Assembly (NCBI GenBank): GCA_965222115.1
Contig: CBDCTJ010000007.1
Location: 800,001 to 864,000, forward strand
From: Planctomycetota bacterium
Lineage (GTDB): Bacteria > Planctomycetota > PLA2 > JAEUHO01
Direction: 5' to 3'
DNA length: 64,000 bases
The notes beneath the pieces were generated by a model. That model did not search any database and was not told the origin of the DNA. It worked only from the letters and a program-made list of their open reading frames with translations. Within the stretch, counting starts at the first letter, position 1. The number at the start of each line of letters is the position of its first letter. Shown piece after piece: positions 18,989-27,706 of this stretch. A program made the position numbers and the translations under genes.

Positions 18989-20320
18989 ATGCACGTTCGT
19001 CTAACTACCTATGGGATGCGGCTCGTCGTATTGCTGCTCGTCGGGTGTCTTGGCGTGTGTCTCGATGCGGCGTTGCCGGCGTGGGCGGACGATGGTGATA
19101 CACCGGAACGTGAAGTAGAGAGAGGCCGTGACGATCAAGAAGGCAAGGCAAGCGCCGTTTCGCGTTTGTCCGCCACCGAACTTGCTTTGGTGAAAAAGCG
19201 CGTGCCCACATGGGACTCGCTCGACACGTCGGCGCGTGAACGCATTGCGCGCAGCGTCTTGCATCTTCGACGCATGACGAAAGACGAGCGCAATGTCTTT
19301 CATCAACGACTGAAGCGATTCAAAGAAATGCGGCGGCGCCACCCCAAGGGGCGCCGAAGTATGCGTGACGTACGCGGTTCGTTTGAGGTCGCCAATGCGT
19401 TTGGCCGCCTACTTCTAAACGATATGCCGGGCGAGGTTCAGCGCGTGTGGAAGCAACAGGGCCTTTCATCTCGGATGGCGAGCCTTGTTGCGTGGCGTGA
19501 GTTTCAGTCACAGGTTCGCAATCGATTGGTCGCGCGCGTGGAGCGCGAGTGGACGTCTGGCGATGCGGCGCCCGCATGGGTGCCTGCACCCGCGAGAGCG
19601 CCACTGATTAAAGCGATGACACGCTTCCATAAAATCCGTGCGGCGGGGAATGCGAACGAGTCCAAGTCTGGCATTCGGCGAGCGCGCCATGCGATCGGTC
19701 GCCTGTTGTTGAGCGCGGAACACAAACGCATCGTCGCAAAGCACCACGTGTTGGATGCGAACAAGGTGGCGCGTGCATGGATGCATCGTTTTCCCGAAGA
19801 CGTTGCGGCTACGCGCGAGCGACTTGTGCGCGAGGGTGCCTCAATGGTGCGCGCGGCCATGGAGCGGCACGGGCGAGGCAAGGGCGCATCCGGTTTTGGC
19901 GGCCCGCGTGGCGCCTTGTCGTTTCTGCGTGGCGGCCCGCTCGAGCTAGCGACACGCGCGCAGGGGCTGTCGATTCTGGAGCGCATGGCACGTCACGACA
20001 CATTTGAAACGCCCGAGAAGCGTGCAGCAATTGTTGCGTTGCTACGAGAGCAGTTGCATACCCACTTTGGCGTTCCCGTGGATACATTCGACGCGCTTCC
20101 CGGCGTGGAGTCGCCCCAGGAGCGCCGACGCGCGTTTGGGAAGCTGATTCGAACGTATGTGATGCCCAAGCTGAAGCAGCAAGGCAACCAGCGTGGCCGT
20201 CGGCGTGGGCGCGATGGGCGTCGAGGGGAACACCGTGGCGAGCGTCGAGGGAATGACCGAGATGGTGGCGGTCCGCCGCGCCGCGATCTACCTCCGGGTG
20301 GCGAGGAATCGCCGCGGTAA
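18989..20320 (+). CDS. Secreted DUF3106-like helical protein
   Basis: Signal peptide ending 'AWA'. Repeated 'W..L....RE.I......L..M...ER' helices. Position after ECF/anti-sigma is typical for DUF3106. Confidence 0.6.
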   Translation: MHVRLTTYGMRLVVLLLVGCLGVCLDAALPAWADDGDTPEREVERGRDDQEGKASAVSRLSATELALVKKRVPTWDSLDTSARERIARSVLHLRRMTKDERNVFHQRLKRFKEMRRRHPKGRRSMRDVRGSFEVANAFGRLLLNDMPGEVQRVWKQQGLSSRMASLVAWREFQSQVRNRLVARVEREWTSGDAAPAWVPAPARAPLIKAMTRFHKIRAAGNANESKSGIRRARHAIGRLLLSAEHKRIVAKHHVLDANKVARAWMHRFPEDVAATRERLVREGASMVRAAMERHGRGKGASGFGGPRGALSFLRGGPLELATRAQGLSILERMARHDTFETPEKRAAIVALLREQLHTHFGVPVDTFDALPGVESPQERRRAFGKLIRTYVMPKLKQQGNQRGRRRGRDGRRGEHRGERRGNDRDGGGPPRRDLPPGGEESPR

Positions 20321-20330
20321 ACTCTGACCC

Positions 20331-21197
20331 GTGAGCGATTCCACATCTGATCCGTCACGTTCGACGTCGCGAGGTTCTGGCACGGAAGAGCGTTCCACCG
20401 CTACGGTGGCCTTCGTCCAGTTCGAGCCCACCTTTGGCGCCGTGGAAACCAATCTCGACGCCTGCGAACGACTCTTGCCAGCTGACGATGTCGATCTCGT
20501 GGTGTTTCCCGAACTCGTTTCCACCGGTTACAGCTTTGTCGATCGTGCTGAAGCGCGCGCTGTGGCTGAGACGTTTCCCGACGGTCCTACCTGCGAACGG
20601 CTGGCTGCGTGGAGTCACACGCTCGACGCTGTTGTGGTTGGGGGCTACGTCGAACAGGATGGCGATCACATCTACAACGCCGCGGCAGTGTTCGCATCGG
20701 GTAAGCCTCTAACAAGTTATCGAAAGGTGCACCTTTTCGGATTTGAACGCGAGTGTTTCGATCCCGGAGGCGATGGATTCCCCGTGGTGGAGCATCGCGG
20801 CCTGCGCGTTGGCGTGATGATTTGCTTCGACTGGATTTTTCCAGAGGCGGCTCGGACGCTTTCGCTGAAGGGTGCCGATGTGATTGCGCACCCCTGCAAT
20901 TTGGTGCTACCGCGCTGGTGCCAGCAAGCCATGGTGGTGCGCGCGATTGAGAATCGCATCTATGCCGTGAGTGCCAACCGCACTGGATCCGAACATCGCA
21001 AACCGCGCCCAGAGCTCAAGTTTACGGGCTGTAGCCAAATTGTGGGCCCGTCGGGTGAAGTCATTGTCGCGGCCGATGCGCACGCGATTCAGACGTCGTC
21101 GGGGGTGGTCGATCTTTTGGCCGCACGACATAAGCAGATTCCATCGGGGAACGATGTCCACGCAGATCGACGTCCTAACCAGTACTCCCTAGATTGA
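20331..21197 (+). CDS. Carbon-nitrogen hydrolase (nitrilase superfamily)
   Basis: Catalytic E-K-C triad: 'VFPEL', 'YRKVHLF', 'MICFDW.FPE'. Confidence 0.92.
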   Translation: MSDSTSDPSRSTSRGSGTEERSTATVAFVQFEPTFGAVETNLDACERLLPADDVDLVVFPELVSTGYSFVDRAEARAVAETFPDGPTCERLAAWSHTLDAVVVGGYVEQDGDHIYNAAAVFASGKPLTSYRKVHLFGFERECFDPGGDGFPVVEHRGLRVGVMICFDWIFPEAARTLSLKGADVIAHPCNLVLPRWCQQAMVVRAIENRIYAVSANRTGSEHRKPRPELKFTGCSQIVGPSGEVIVAADAHAIQTSSGVVDLLAARHKQIPSGNDVHADRRPNQYSLD

Positions 21198-21223
21198 CGT
21201 AAGTCTATCGAACTGCGTACATT
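21194..21223 (+). promoter_or_regulatory. Candidate sigma70-type promoter for the riboswitch-sigma28 transcript
   Basis: TTGACG-N18-TACATT in an AT-richer stretch overlapping the nitrilase stop codon. Confidence 0.4.
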
Positions 21224-21371
21224 GCGGAACATGAGCGATATTTAATACAACATCGATTTGCCGGTCGATTTCATTGGGCTAGGTTTCCTAAGCCGACGGA
21301 CAAACACGCCGACGGCGCGGTGCAGGTCGATGACCGGCGCCATTTGATCTTTCGATACAGATTTCCTCTGA

Positions 21372-21469
21372 GTCCTGGATGAAAGGGCAAACCTGGTGTG
21401 AGCCAGGGGCGCAAAGCTACAGGGCCTATCGGTTCGTCCGGTAGGTAGCCAGCTACCAAGCCATGGGAC
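21372..21469 (+). ncRNA. Cyclic di-GMP-I (GEMM) riboswitch
   Basis: AAGGGCAAA-CCTGGT-GTGA-GCCAGG-GGCGCAAAGC-TACAGGGCCTA-TCGG..CCG-GTAGGTAGCCAGCTACC matches the GEMM-I consensus, with a GNRA-capped P2 and a receptor-bearing P3. P1-like pairing GTCCTGG/CCA(TG)GGAC. Confidence 0.9.
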
Positions 21470-21618
21470 GTGATGGAGAGTCAACCGGATCTTCCGGTTC
21501 CGCTCGCCACCACCCGCATCCAGTTCGGCGCGACACCTCGATAGGTATCGCGAGCGGGAAACGGTGGTGGAAGTGGCTGCAAGGGACCGCAGCGCTTCAA
21601 GAACGAGACGGAGCAGTT

Positions 21619-22395
21619 ATGAAGAAGATTCGCGATGCGGACTATCGGCACCTTTGGATCAGCTACGGGGAAACCAAGGACCCCGCAGTCAAAAGCAAGA
21701 TCATCGAGGCCTACTTTCCCTTGGTGAAATACCTCGCCGAGCGCATGGCCTCAACGCTGCCCGCCAGTGTGGAAGTGGATGATCTCGTGAGCATGGGAAC
21801 CTTTGGCTTGATTGAAGCCATCGACCGCTTTGATCTGTCTCGCGGTATTCAGTTCAAGACCTATTGCAGCGCCCGTATTCGCGGTTCGATTCTCGATAAC
21901 TTGCGCGCCAACGACTGGGTGCCGCGCTTGGTTCGCCTGCGCACCAACATGGTTGACAAGACGCTTCGCAAGCTCTATGCGGAACTGGGCCGTGAGCCCA
22001 CCGACCCGGAAATGGCCGAAGCCCTTGAAATGACCATGCCCGAATACGAAAAGATTCGCAAGGAAGCCAGCCCCACCTCGGTGCTCTCCTTAACCGACGA
22101 TAGCAACAACGACGATGGCGATGGTGGCGGTCGTATGCTCGACCTCTTGGGTGGCACGGGCGGCGACCGCGCGCGCAACCGCCAGCAACTTGACGATGTT
22201 CGCGACCTGCTCTTCAACAACCTCAACGAGAAAGAGCAGATCGTGGTGCGCTACTACTACTACGAAGGCCTCTCCATGCGAGAGATCGCCCACATGTTGC
22301 GCCTCACCGAGAGCCGCGTGTGTCAGATCCACAGCAAAGTGATTCGCCGCCTTCGCGAACTGCACGCGAGCAAGCGCGTGGACCTGTTCGTCTAG
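21619..22395 (+). CDS. fliA: FliA/WhiG-family RNA polymerase sigma factor (sigma28-like)
   Basis: 'Y.PLVKY.A.R....LP.SVE.DDL.S.G.FGL.EAIDRFD.SRG..F.TY...RIRG.ILD.LR..DWVPR' and region 4 'L..REIA..L.LTESRVCQIH'. GGAG precedes ATG 21619. Confidence 0.92.
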   Translation: MKKIRDADYRHLWISYGETKDPAVKSKIIEAYFPLVKYLAERMASTLPASVEVDDLVSMGTFGLIEAIDRFDLSRGIQFKTYCSARIRGSILDNLRANDWVPRLVRLRTNMVDKTLRKLYAELGREPTDPEMAEALEMTMPEYEKIRKEASPTSVLSLTDDSNNDDGDGGGRMLDLLGGTGGDRARNRQQLDDVRDLLFNNLNEKEQIVVRYYYYEGLSMREIAHMLRLTESRVCQIHSKVIRRLRELHASKRVDLFV

Positions 22396-22475
22396 TCCCC
22401 TAAACGAGCACCTGCAAGACCTGTGGCTGTCGCGATTGCGGCAGCCACGATCTTTTTTGCTGCGAACGATGTCTC

Positions 22476-23914
22476 TTACGGCGTCTCGTCTTCCTCGGGT
22501 TCATCTGGGGCAGGATCCGAGGGCGCATCGCTTGTCGCGGGGTTCTCGTCGATATCGCTTGCCTCGGTCGGCATCGCTGCGCTGTCAGGTTCGGCGGATG
22601 GCGTCGCCGTCGCCTCGTCCTTGGCCTGCTGTTCGGCGGCGGCACCATCGATCACGGGACCCGTGTTGGCCAGCGCCTCGTAGCGCTCCTCTTCAAACGG
22701 CAGGAAGATGTCATCTTGCGTGGTGCCATCCACGTCGGCACGCAGGTCGGCATAGACACAACTGGTAGCACCCAGCAGCCAAAAGACGGCATAGCCGAAG
22801 AACCCAAGCCAAATTAGATTTAGCAAGACCCACCAGATAAACGCGGTGAGCTTGTGGTACCACGGCGCTTTCAAGACTGCGGAGAAGTGCATGGCATTGG
22901 GCTTGCTTGAAGTGGTTGTGCTCTGGCGGGCGCCCGCCATGTGAAGTCCGGGATGCCGGATCGGTTGTTCGTAGCCGTTCTCATCCTTGAGTTCGCGCTG
23001 AAGCGTTTTGGCCTCAGCATCAAATTCGGCGAAGTCCTCGCCTTCGTTGTCCTTCTGCGCGGGGGCGTCGATCAAAACGGAGTAACGATCTTGCCAAATG
23101 CCGTTGTCCACGGTTTTCACAGCCGTATATGTAAACCAGTGGCCCACCAACAGCACCACGCCTAAGAACATGAAGATCAAGAAGTAGTTCCAGAAATATT
23201 GCAAGGGACGAGCGAATACGTAGCTAAACGCGCGACTGATGGCGTCGAGCGTCCCATTGCATTCCCATGCCGCGGCTGCACCGATCAGGGGCATGCCCAT
23301 GACGCCGCCCAGGGCGACCAACAAAAAGAGCAGCGCACCCACAATCACCAACGGCAGTAGGACGATGCCAAGGATGCCACCCCACAAATGGAATGCTGGT
23401 CAACACGCCGGCGAGCAGGTTGCACAACCAGAACACGAAGAGCACGCCGAGGATGGTGGCGGGCACCAACAACATGGTGGCCCAGTTCTTCCAGGAAAAG
23501 CTCAACGCCTCGCGCAGGGACAGCCCTTCGTCGCGCGAAATGCGCAGACTCACAATGCGATGAATGCCCTGCCCGAAGAAGGACCACACAGCAAAGAACC
23601 ACAGGCCGCCAACAAGGCCTTCCCAGAATGTGTAGCCGCCGCTTGCGGCATCGGCGAAGTCCACGCGGAAGACCATGCGCATGACGTTGTGAATCTCGGA
23701 ACCGATGTACGGAATGCCCTCAAAGAGGTTGGCAAGTGCTGCAAGGAAGGCGCCGCTCAAGTCGGCCTTACCGAATATCTGACCGAGCAGGAGGCCGCCC
23801 GCCCACCACACCAAGTAGCCAAAGGATAGCCAGCGCAAGTGCGCGAAAGTCAAACGGCACCCATGGCGCGCGAAAGTATGTCCTCGGCATGAGTTCGGGG
23901 CTGTAGTCGCTCAT
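22476..23914 (-). pseudogene. Multi-TM membrane protein split by two +1 frameshifts (pseudogene or sequencing error)
   Basis: One continuous protein MSDYSPEL...ALAIL|GYLVWW...SIPFV|GGILGIV... is restored by deleting one T near 23821 and one G near 23381. Both sites lie in short homopolymers. Confidence 0.75.
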
Positions 23915-24228
23915 GGGCTGGATTCCTCGTCCCTCGTGGGATTTCTGCGGGCGCTCCCAACGAGGCTCCGTCTGCAGATACCGATTTGCCCGATCGTCAT
24001 GGGCCGTCCTGGCGAGGCCGGATTGTAGCCACGCGACTCCGTGGGCCGTAACCGGGACCGTGGCGGTTGGCGGATCATGGCCAATTCCAGATCCTCCTTT
24101 GACCTGCTCAGCGCAGTGGTACAGCACGCGGGCGCTTCGAGGTCGACTCGGACTTGGATTCGCTCTGGGGGTTGTGAACACCCGATCTAACGAAATACGT
24201 GCAGTGCGCACCACGACGGAGGACGACC

Positions 24229-25683
24229 ATGCAGCACCGACCGCATTCCTCGGCTGTCCACCATGCAAGCCAGGCAACTGTTGAAGCACGGGCTTCTCGC
24301 TGGATGCTGCTCGTCGCGGTGCTTTCACTCGTCGTCGTGGCGCCTGCGTTGGCCAAGGATCCGAGCACTAAGAAGCCACCTACTTCGAAGGCGCCTGCCA
24401 AGCCACCCGCGAAGCCTGTCGCAACGCACGCCGAAGGCGCGCCCACCGTGCCTGGCAATGCCAAGGCACCCGCCACGTCCAACAGTGAGGGCGAGGCCGG
24501 TGACGAAGAAGCAACGCCGCCCCTTTCCTTTCCCAATGAGTCGGTGATCGAGCGCGACGACGGCACCGTCATGTACTTCTACCGGACCAACTTCGCGACC
24601 CCCAAAGACCTCATCAAGGCGCTCACCGATTCGGGCTTTGGCAAGTTGTTGGCCACAAAAAAGGGCGCGCCACCACCGATGCGTGCGGTGGCCAAGCAAA
24701 ACGTCGTGATCTTTGAAGGCGATGTGGACGCCGTCATGATGGTCCTCGACGCGGTGGCCTACTTTGATGTGGCACAGCCTCAGGTCTTTGTCGAAGCCAA
24801 AGTGCTCGAAGTCACGTATGAGTCCAACTTCGAATTCGGTTTGGATTACTTGCTGGATCGAAATAGTGCGGGACCGGGCACCATCTTTCGCGGTACGGGC
24901 GGCACGCTCAATCCGCCGACCTACCTTCGCAGCACGTTTGCGCCGCAGTTCCCCTTTCAGGGGACGAGTGGCGTGTTTGGTCTGGTGGGAAGCAACGCCG
25001 ACAAGTGGGGGGCGCTGGAAGTCACGCTTCAGGCGTTGCAACTCAACGGCAAAGCGGAGGTGCTGTCCAAACCTTCGATCATTGCCACGCAAGGCGTTGA
25101 AGCCATCGTGACGACCACGGAATCTACGCCTGTGATTGCACTCAACTCGGCTACGCGGACCGGCGAAAACTTTGGTCTTGCGCCTGTCAAGACCGGTGTG
25201 GAGCTCAAAGTTACGCCGCAGCACATCGGTGAGAGCTTCGTTACGCTCAAGATAAGCCCCAAAGTTGACGGCGTGGCGGGACTTGCAAGTGCGCGCACCG
25301 GTGGCACGTTTGCGCCCATTACGACGACACGACGCGCGTCCACGACGCTCACGTTGGGCGACGGAGAAACATTGGTGATTGGTGGCCTCTACACCAACTT
25401 CAGTACGACGGAGAAAGCCAAGACACCCTTTCTTAGCGAACTTCCGTTGTTGGGGGAGCTGTTTACGCGTACGAAAGAAACCAAGCGCAAGACCGAACTC
25501 ATTTTTATCCTCACGCCCCATATTGTGCGCAAGACCAAGGATCTGAAGATCATCACGCCGCCCGCCGAGCTCGACCGTTTGGAGAAAGCCGAGAAGAACG
25601 AAGGCAAGAAGAACTGCAAAGGCCCCACGTTTCCCAAGTTGCCGCGCCCGCCGGGTTGGGGTGCCCACTTTGAAGATGAATAG
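24229..25683 (+). CDS. Secretin (GspD/PilQ family)
   Basis: 'FDVAQPQVFVEAKVLEV', 'LQALQ.NGKAEVLSKPSI', 'TGVELKVTP', 'L.DGETLVIGGL', 'PFLSELPLLG.LF', 'TELIFILTPHIV'. Signal peptide. GGAGG RBS. Confidence 0.92.
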   Translation: MQHRPHSSAVHHASQATVEARASRWMLLVAVLSLVVVAPALAKDPSTKKPPTSKAPAKPPAKPVATHAEGAPTVPGNAKAPATSNSEGEAGDEEATPPLSFPNESVIERDDGTVMYFYRTNFATPKDLIKALTDSGFGKLLATKKGAPPPMRAVAKQNVVIFEGDVDAVMMVLDAVAYFDVAQPQVFVEAKVLEVTYESNFEFGLDYLLDRNSAGPGTIFRGTGGTLNPPTYLRSTFAPQFPFQGTSGVFGLVGSNADKWGALEVTLQALQLNGKAEVLSKPSIIATQGVEAIVTTTESTPVIALNSATRTGENFGLAPVKTGVELKVTPQHIGESFVTLKISPKVDGVAGLASARTGGTFAPITTTRRASTTLTLGDGETLVIGGLYTNFSTTEKAKTPFLSELPLLGELFTRTKETKRKTELIFILTPHIVRKTKDLKIITPPAELDRLEKAEKNEGKKNCKGPTFPKLPRPPGWGAHFEDE

Positions 25684-26482
25684 CACCGCCTATTTTCATC
25701 TAGCGCACGTTAGCGCAGGCATCGCCGTGCTTGCGCTCCTTGCGGGGTGTCACTCCCGCATTTCCGAAGAACTCACCGTTGTGCGTGCCCGCGACGTGAG
25801 GATCAAAGCCGAGCGCGCACCTCAAGACGAAAACGACAACGTACTCTCCGTGTCGGATCTGTGGTCATTCGTTCCTGCGGACATGGATGAGGGGACCGCG
25901 CCAGACGACGTTGAAGCGCGGGCAAGTCGATCGGCACTTGCGCGCGTGGCACGCAGGCGATCAACGCCAACGCGCGAAACGCACAAGGCACGGTCAACTG
26001 AGTCGAGGCTCGCGCGTAGCCGTTCGTCTCGGCAAGCTGCGCCGCGCACCGTGCGCCGGTCATCGTTGCCGCCACCCAAGCGACGTGCCGCAACCCCGCG
26101 TCGTGCATCCGGCAAACCCGCAACGAAGTCTGCCGCTCGACTGGCACGTGAGCACTTTCTCGATTACCCAACCACGATCAAGGCCACGCGCATCACGCTT
26201 TATTGCCCCCCGGCGTATGCCCATGAAGCCACGCTTCGTGGTGACGAGCGACCGCGAATCGCGGGCAAGCGCATTGTTACCGGTGACGCAGAACTTCGCT
26301 GCCGCGAGCTCACGTTGAAGGCGCGACGCATTGCATTGATCGTTCGTGAAGACGAACCCGACTTACAAATCGCGGCGCGCGGCGACGTCCACTTTGTGAG
26401 TCAAGTCGGTGGTCAGATGGTGCGTGAGAACGGAATCCGTAGCCTGCTGATTACCAACGACAAGATGACGCCACTCCGTTAG
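25676..26482 (+). CDS. Putative lipoprotein with beta-rich (OstA/LptA-like) C-terminus
   Basis: Lipobox 'LLAGC'. Arg/Ser-rich linker. 'TGDAELR...LTLKA.RI......IAARGDVHF'. Overlaps the secretin stop codon. Confidence 0.55.
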   Translation: MNSTAYFHLAHVSAGIAVLALLAGCHSRISEELTVVRARDVRIKAERAPQDENDNVLSVSDLWSFVPADMDEGTAPDDVEARASRSALARVARRRSTPTRETHKARSTESRLARSRSSRQAAPRTVRRSSLPPPKRRAATPRRASGKPATKSAARLAREHFLDYPTTIKATRITLYCPPAYAHEATLRGDERPRIAGKRIVTGDAELRCRELTLKARRIALIVREDEPDLQIAARGDVHFVSQVGGQMVRENGIRSLLITNDKMTPLR

Positions 26483-26518
26483 CGTTGTGCGGTAACCCAG
26501 CAAGCGTTTCCGGAAAGT

Positions 26519-27331
26519 CTATTGCCGTCGGCGCCTGGCCTTGGCGGCAAGAAAGCGTTCCACACGAGGTTCGAGGGCCTCAAAGGCATTCAGCATGGCC
26601 GAGGCGTCGGCGAAGCGCTTCTTGTAGTCCTGCGAAAGCCCCCGGCGCAGGAAATCGACGAACTCGCGTGGCACATTGCGCCGAAGCCGTTGGATGCCCT
26701 CCGGCGGCCAACGATACGGCCATTCTGGGAGTGTTCCTGCCAACATGCGGTAGAAGATCAGTGCCACGGAAAACACATCCGAGCGAAACGACGGTTTGCC
26801 CATGGCCTGTTCGGGCGCCATAAAGCCAAGGGTGCCCGACCCTGACGCACGCACGGTACGCGCTGCTTGCCGGGCAATACCAAAGTCGGCCAAGCACGCC
26901 ACGTTGTCGGGAAACATGATGATGTTCTCGGGCTTGATATCGAGGTGCAGGATGCTGCGCACGTGTGCGAAATCAAGCGCGTCGAGAATCTGCCTTCCGA
27001 TGGCCATCGCTGTACTGACCGCCATGCGACGCGCGACGCGCTCGGCGAGGCTTTCGATGCCTAGTGGATAGGCAATCACGAGTGTGTTGTCGATGTAGTC
27101 CGCGCACTTTACTTGCAAGATGTTGGGATGCTTGAGCTTGGCATTGAGGCGCACTTCACGCAGCAACATGTCCGAGAAGTTGTCGCTGCGCGTGTCGTCC
27201 AACGCCACCTTGAGCGCGACTTGCACCTGCTCAATCGTGTCAAACGCCTCGTAGATCTGCGCACATCCGCCCGTCTGCAGATGCCGAATCACGCGGTACT
27301 TTCCAAGCCGTGTGCGCGCACGCAGTTTCAT
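26519..27331 (-). CDS. Hanks-type Ser/Thr protein kinase (soluble, non-RD)
   Basis: 'VALKV', 'HPNI', 'LHLDIKPENI', 'DFG', 'GTLGFMAPEQ', 'SDVFS'. Confidence 0.92.
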   Translation of the reverse strand: MKLRARTRLGKYRVIRHLQTGGCAQIYEAFDTIEQVQVALKVALDDTRSDNFSDMLLREVRLNAKLKHPNILQVKCADYIDNTLVIAYPLGIESLAERVARRMAVSTAMAIGRQILDALDFAHVRSILHLDIKPENIIMFPDNVACLADFGIARQAARTVRASGSGTLGFMAPEQAMGKPSFRSDVFSVALIFYRMLAGTLPEWPYRWPPEGIQRLRRNVPREFVDFLRRGLSQDYKKRFADASAMLNAFEALEPRVERFLAAKARRRRQ

Positions 27332-27386
27332 CAATGGGTCCTCGCCAACCCCCATTCTATCCGATCACGCGTAGCGCTCTCCTTCG

Positions 27387-27423
27387 TACATACCCTCCGG
27401 TGTCAGGTACGCAGATGTACCCC
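27387..27423. repeat. REP-like palindromic repeat, copy 1
   Basis: GTACATACCCTCCGGTGTCAGGTACGCAGATGTACCCC-type unit. GTACAT...ATGTAC closes a hairpin. Confidence 0.7.
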
Positions 27424-27632
27424 TAAGCCGCGTCACGGCGCAGCGTCTCCGAATTCACGTGGGCGCGCCCAAGATCAAGAAGTGGGCCGCTCCTCCGTAG
27501 TGGGAAGTCCCACTGCGGGCTCATACGTCCCAGTTGTGTCCTATAAAAGGGCCAACAAAATGAAGGAGCGAACCCGAGGCAAGGCTCGCCGAAACAGTCC
27601 GAAAGTCAATCCTGGAGCCAACATCCCCCTTT

Positions 27633-27690
27633 GTACATACCCCTCCGTGCCAGGCACACCGATGTACGTACGCACGCGTGCCTAGCACGC
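27633..27690. repeat. REP-like palindromic repeats, copies 2 and 3 (GTGCCWGGCAC core)
   Basis: GTACATAC...GTGCCAGGCACACCGATGTAC followed by GCGTGCCTAGCACGC. Homologous to the inverted copies at 37529-37592. Confidence 0.8.
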
Positions 27691-27706
27691 AACTGCACTA
27701 CTTGAC

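Noticed and set aside
21240-21300. Sigma28-type autoregulatory promoter (TAAA-N15-GCCGATAA)
   Set aside because: GCCG-containing words are present, but spacing and sequence do not match convincingly.
21463-21618. 52-aa N-terminal extension of FliA in the ORF track
   Set aside because: Overlaps the riboswitch P1 and expression platform. A good RBS precedes ATG 21619.
24325-25686. 453-aa minus-strand ORF
   Set aside because: Antisense to the well-supported secretin, with no motifs of its own.
27113-27685. 190-aa plus-strand ORF ending in VPGTPMY
   Set aside because: Antisense to the kinase and then runs through palindromic repeats. The shared peptide with the ORF at 37.6 kb reflects the DNA repeat, not protein homology.
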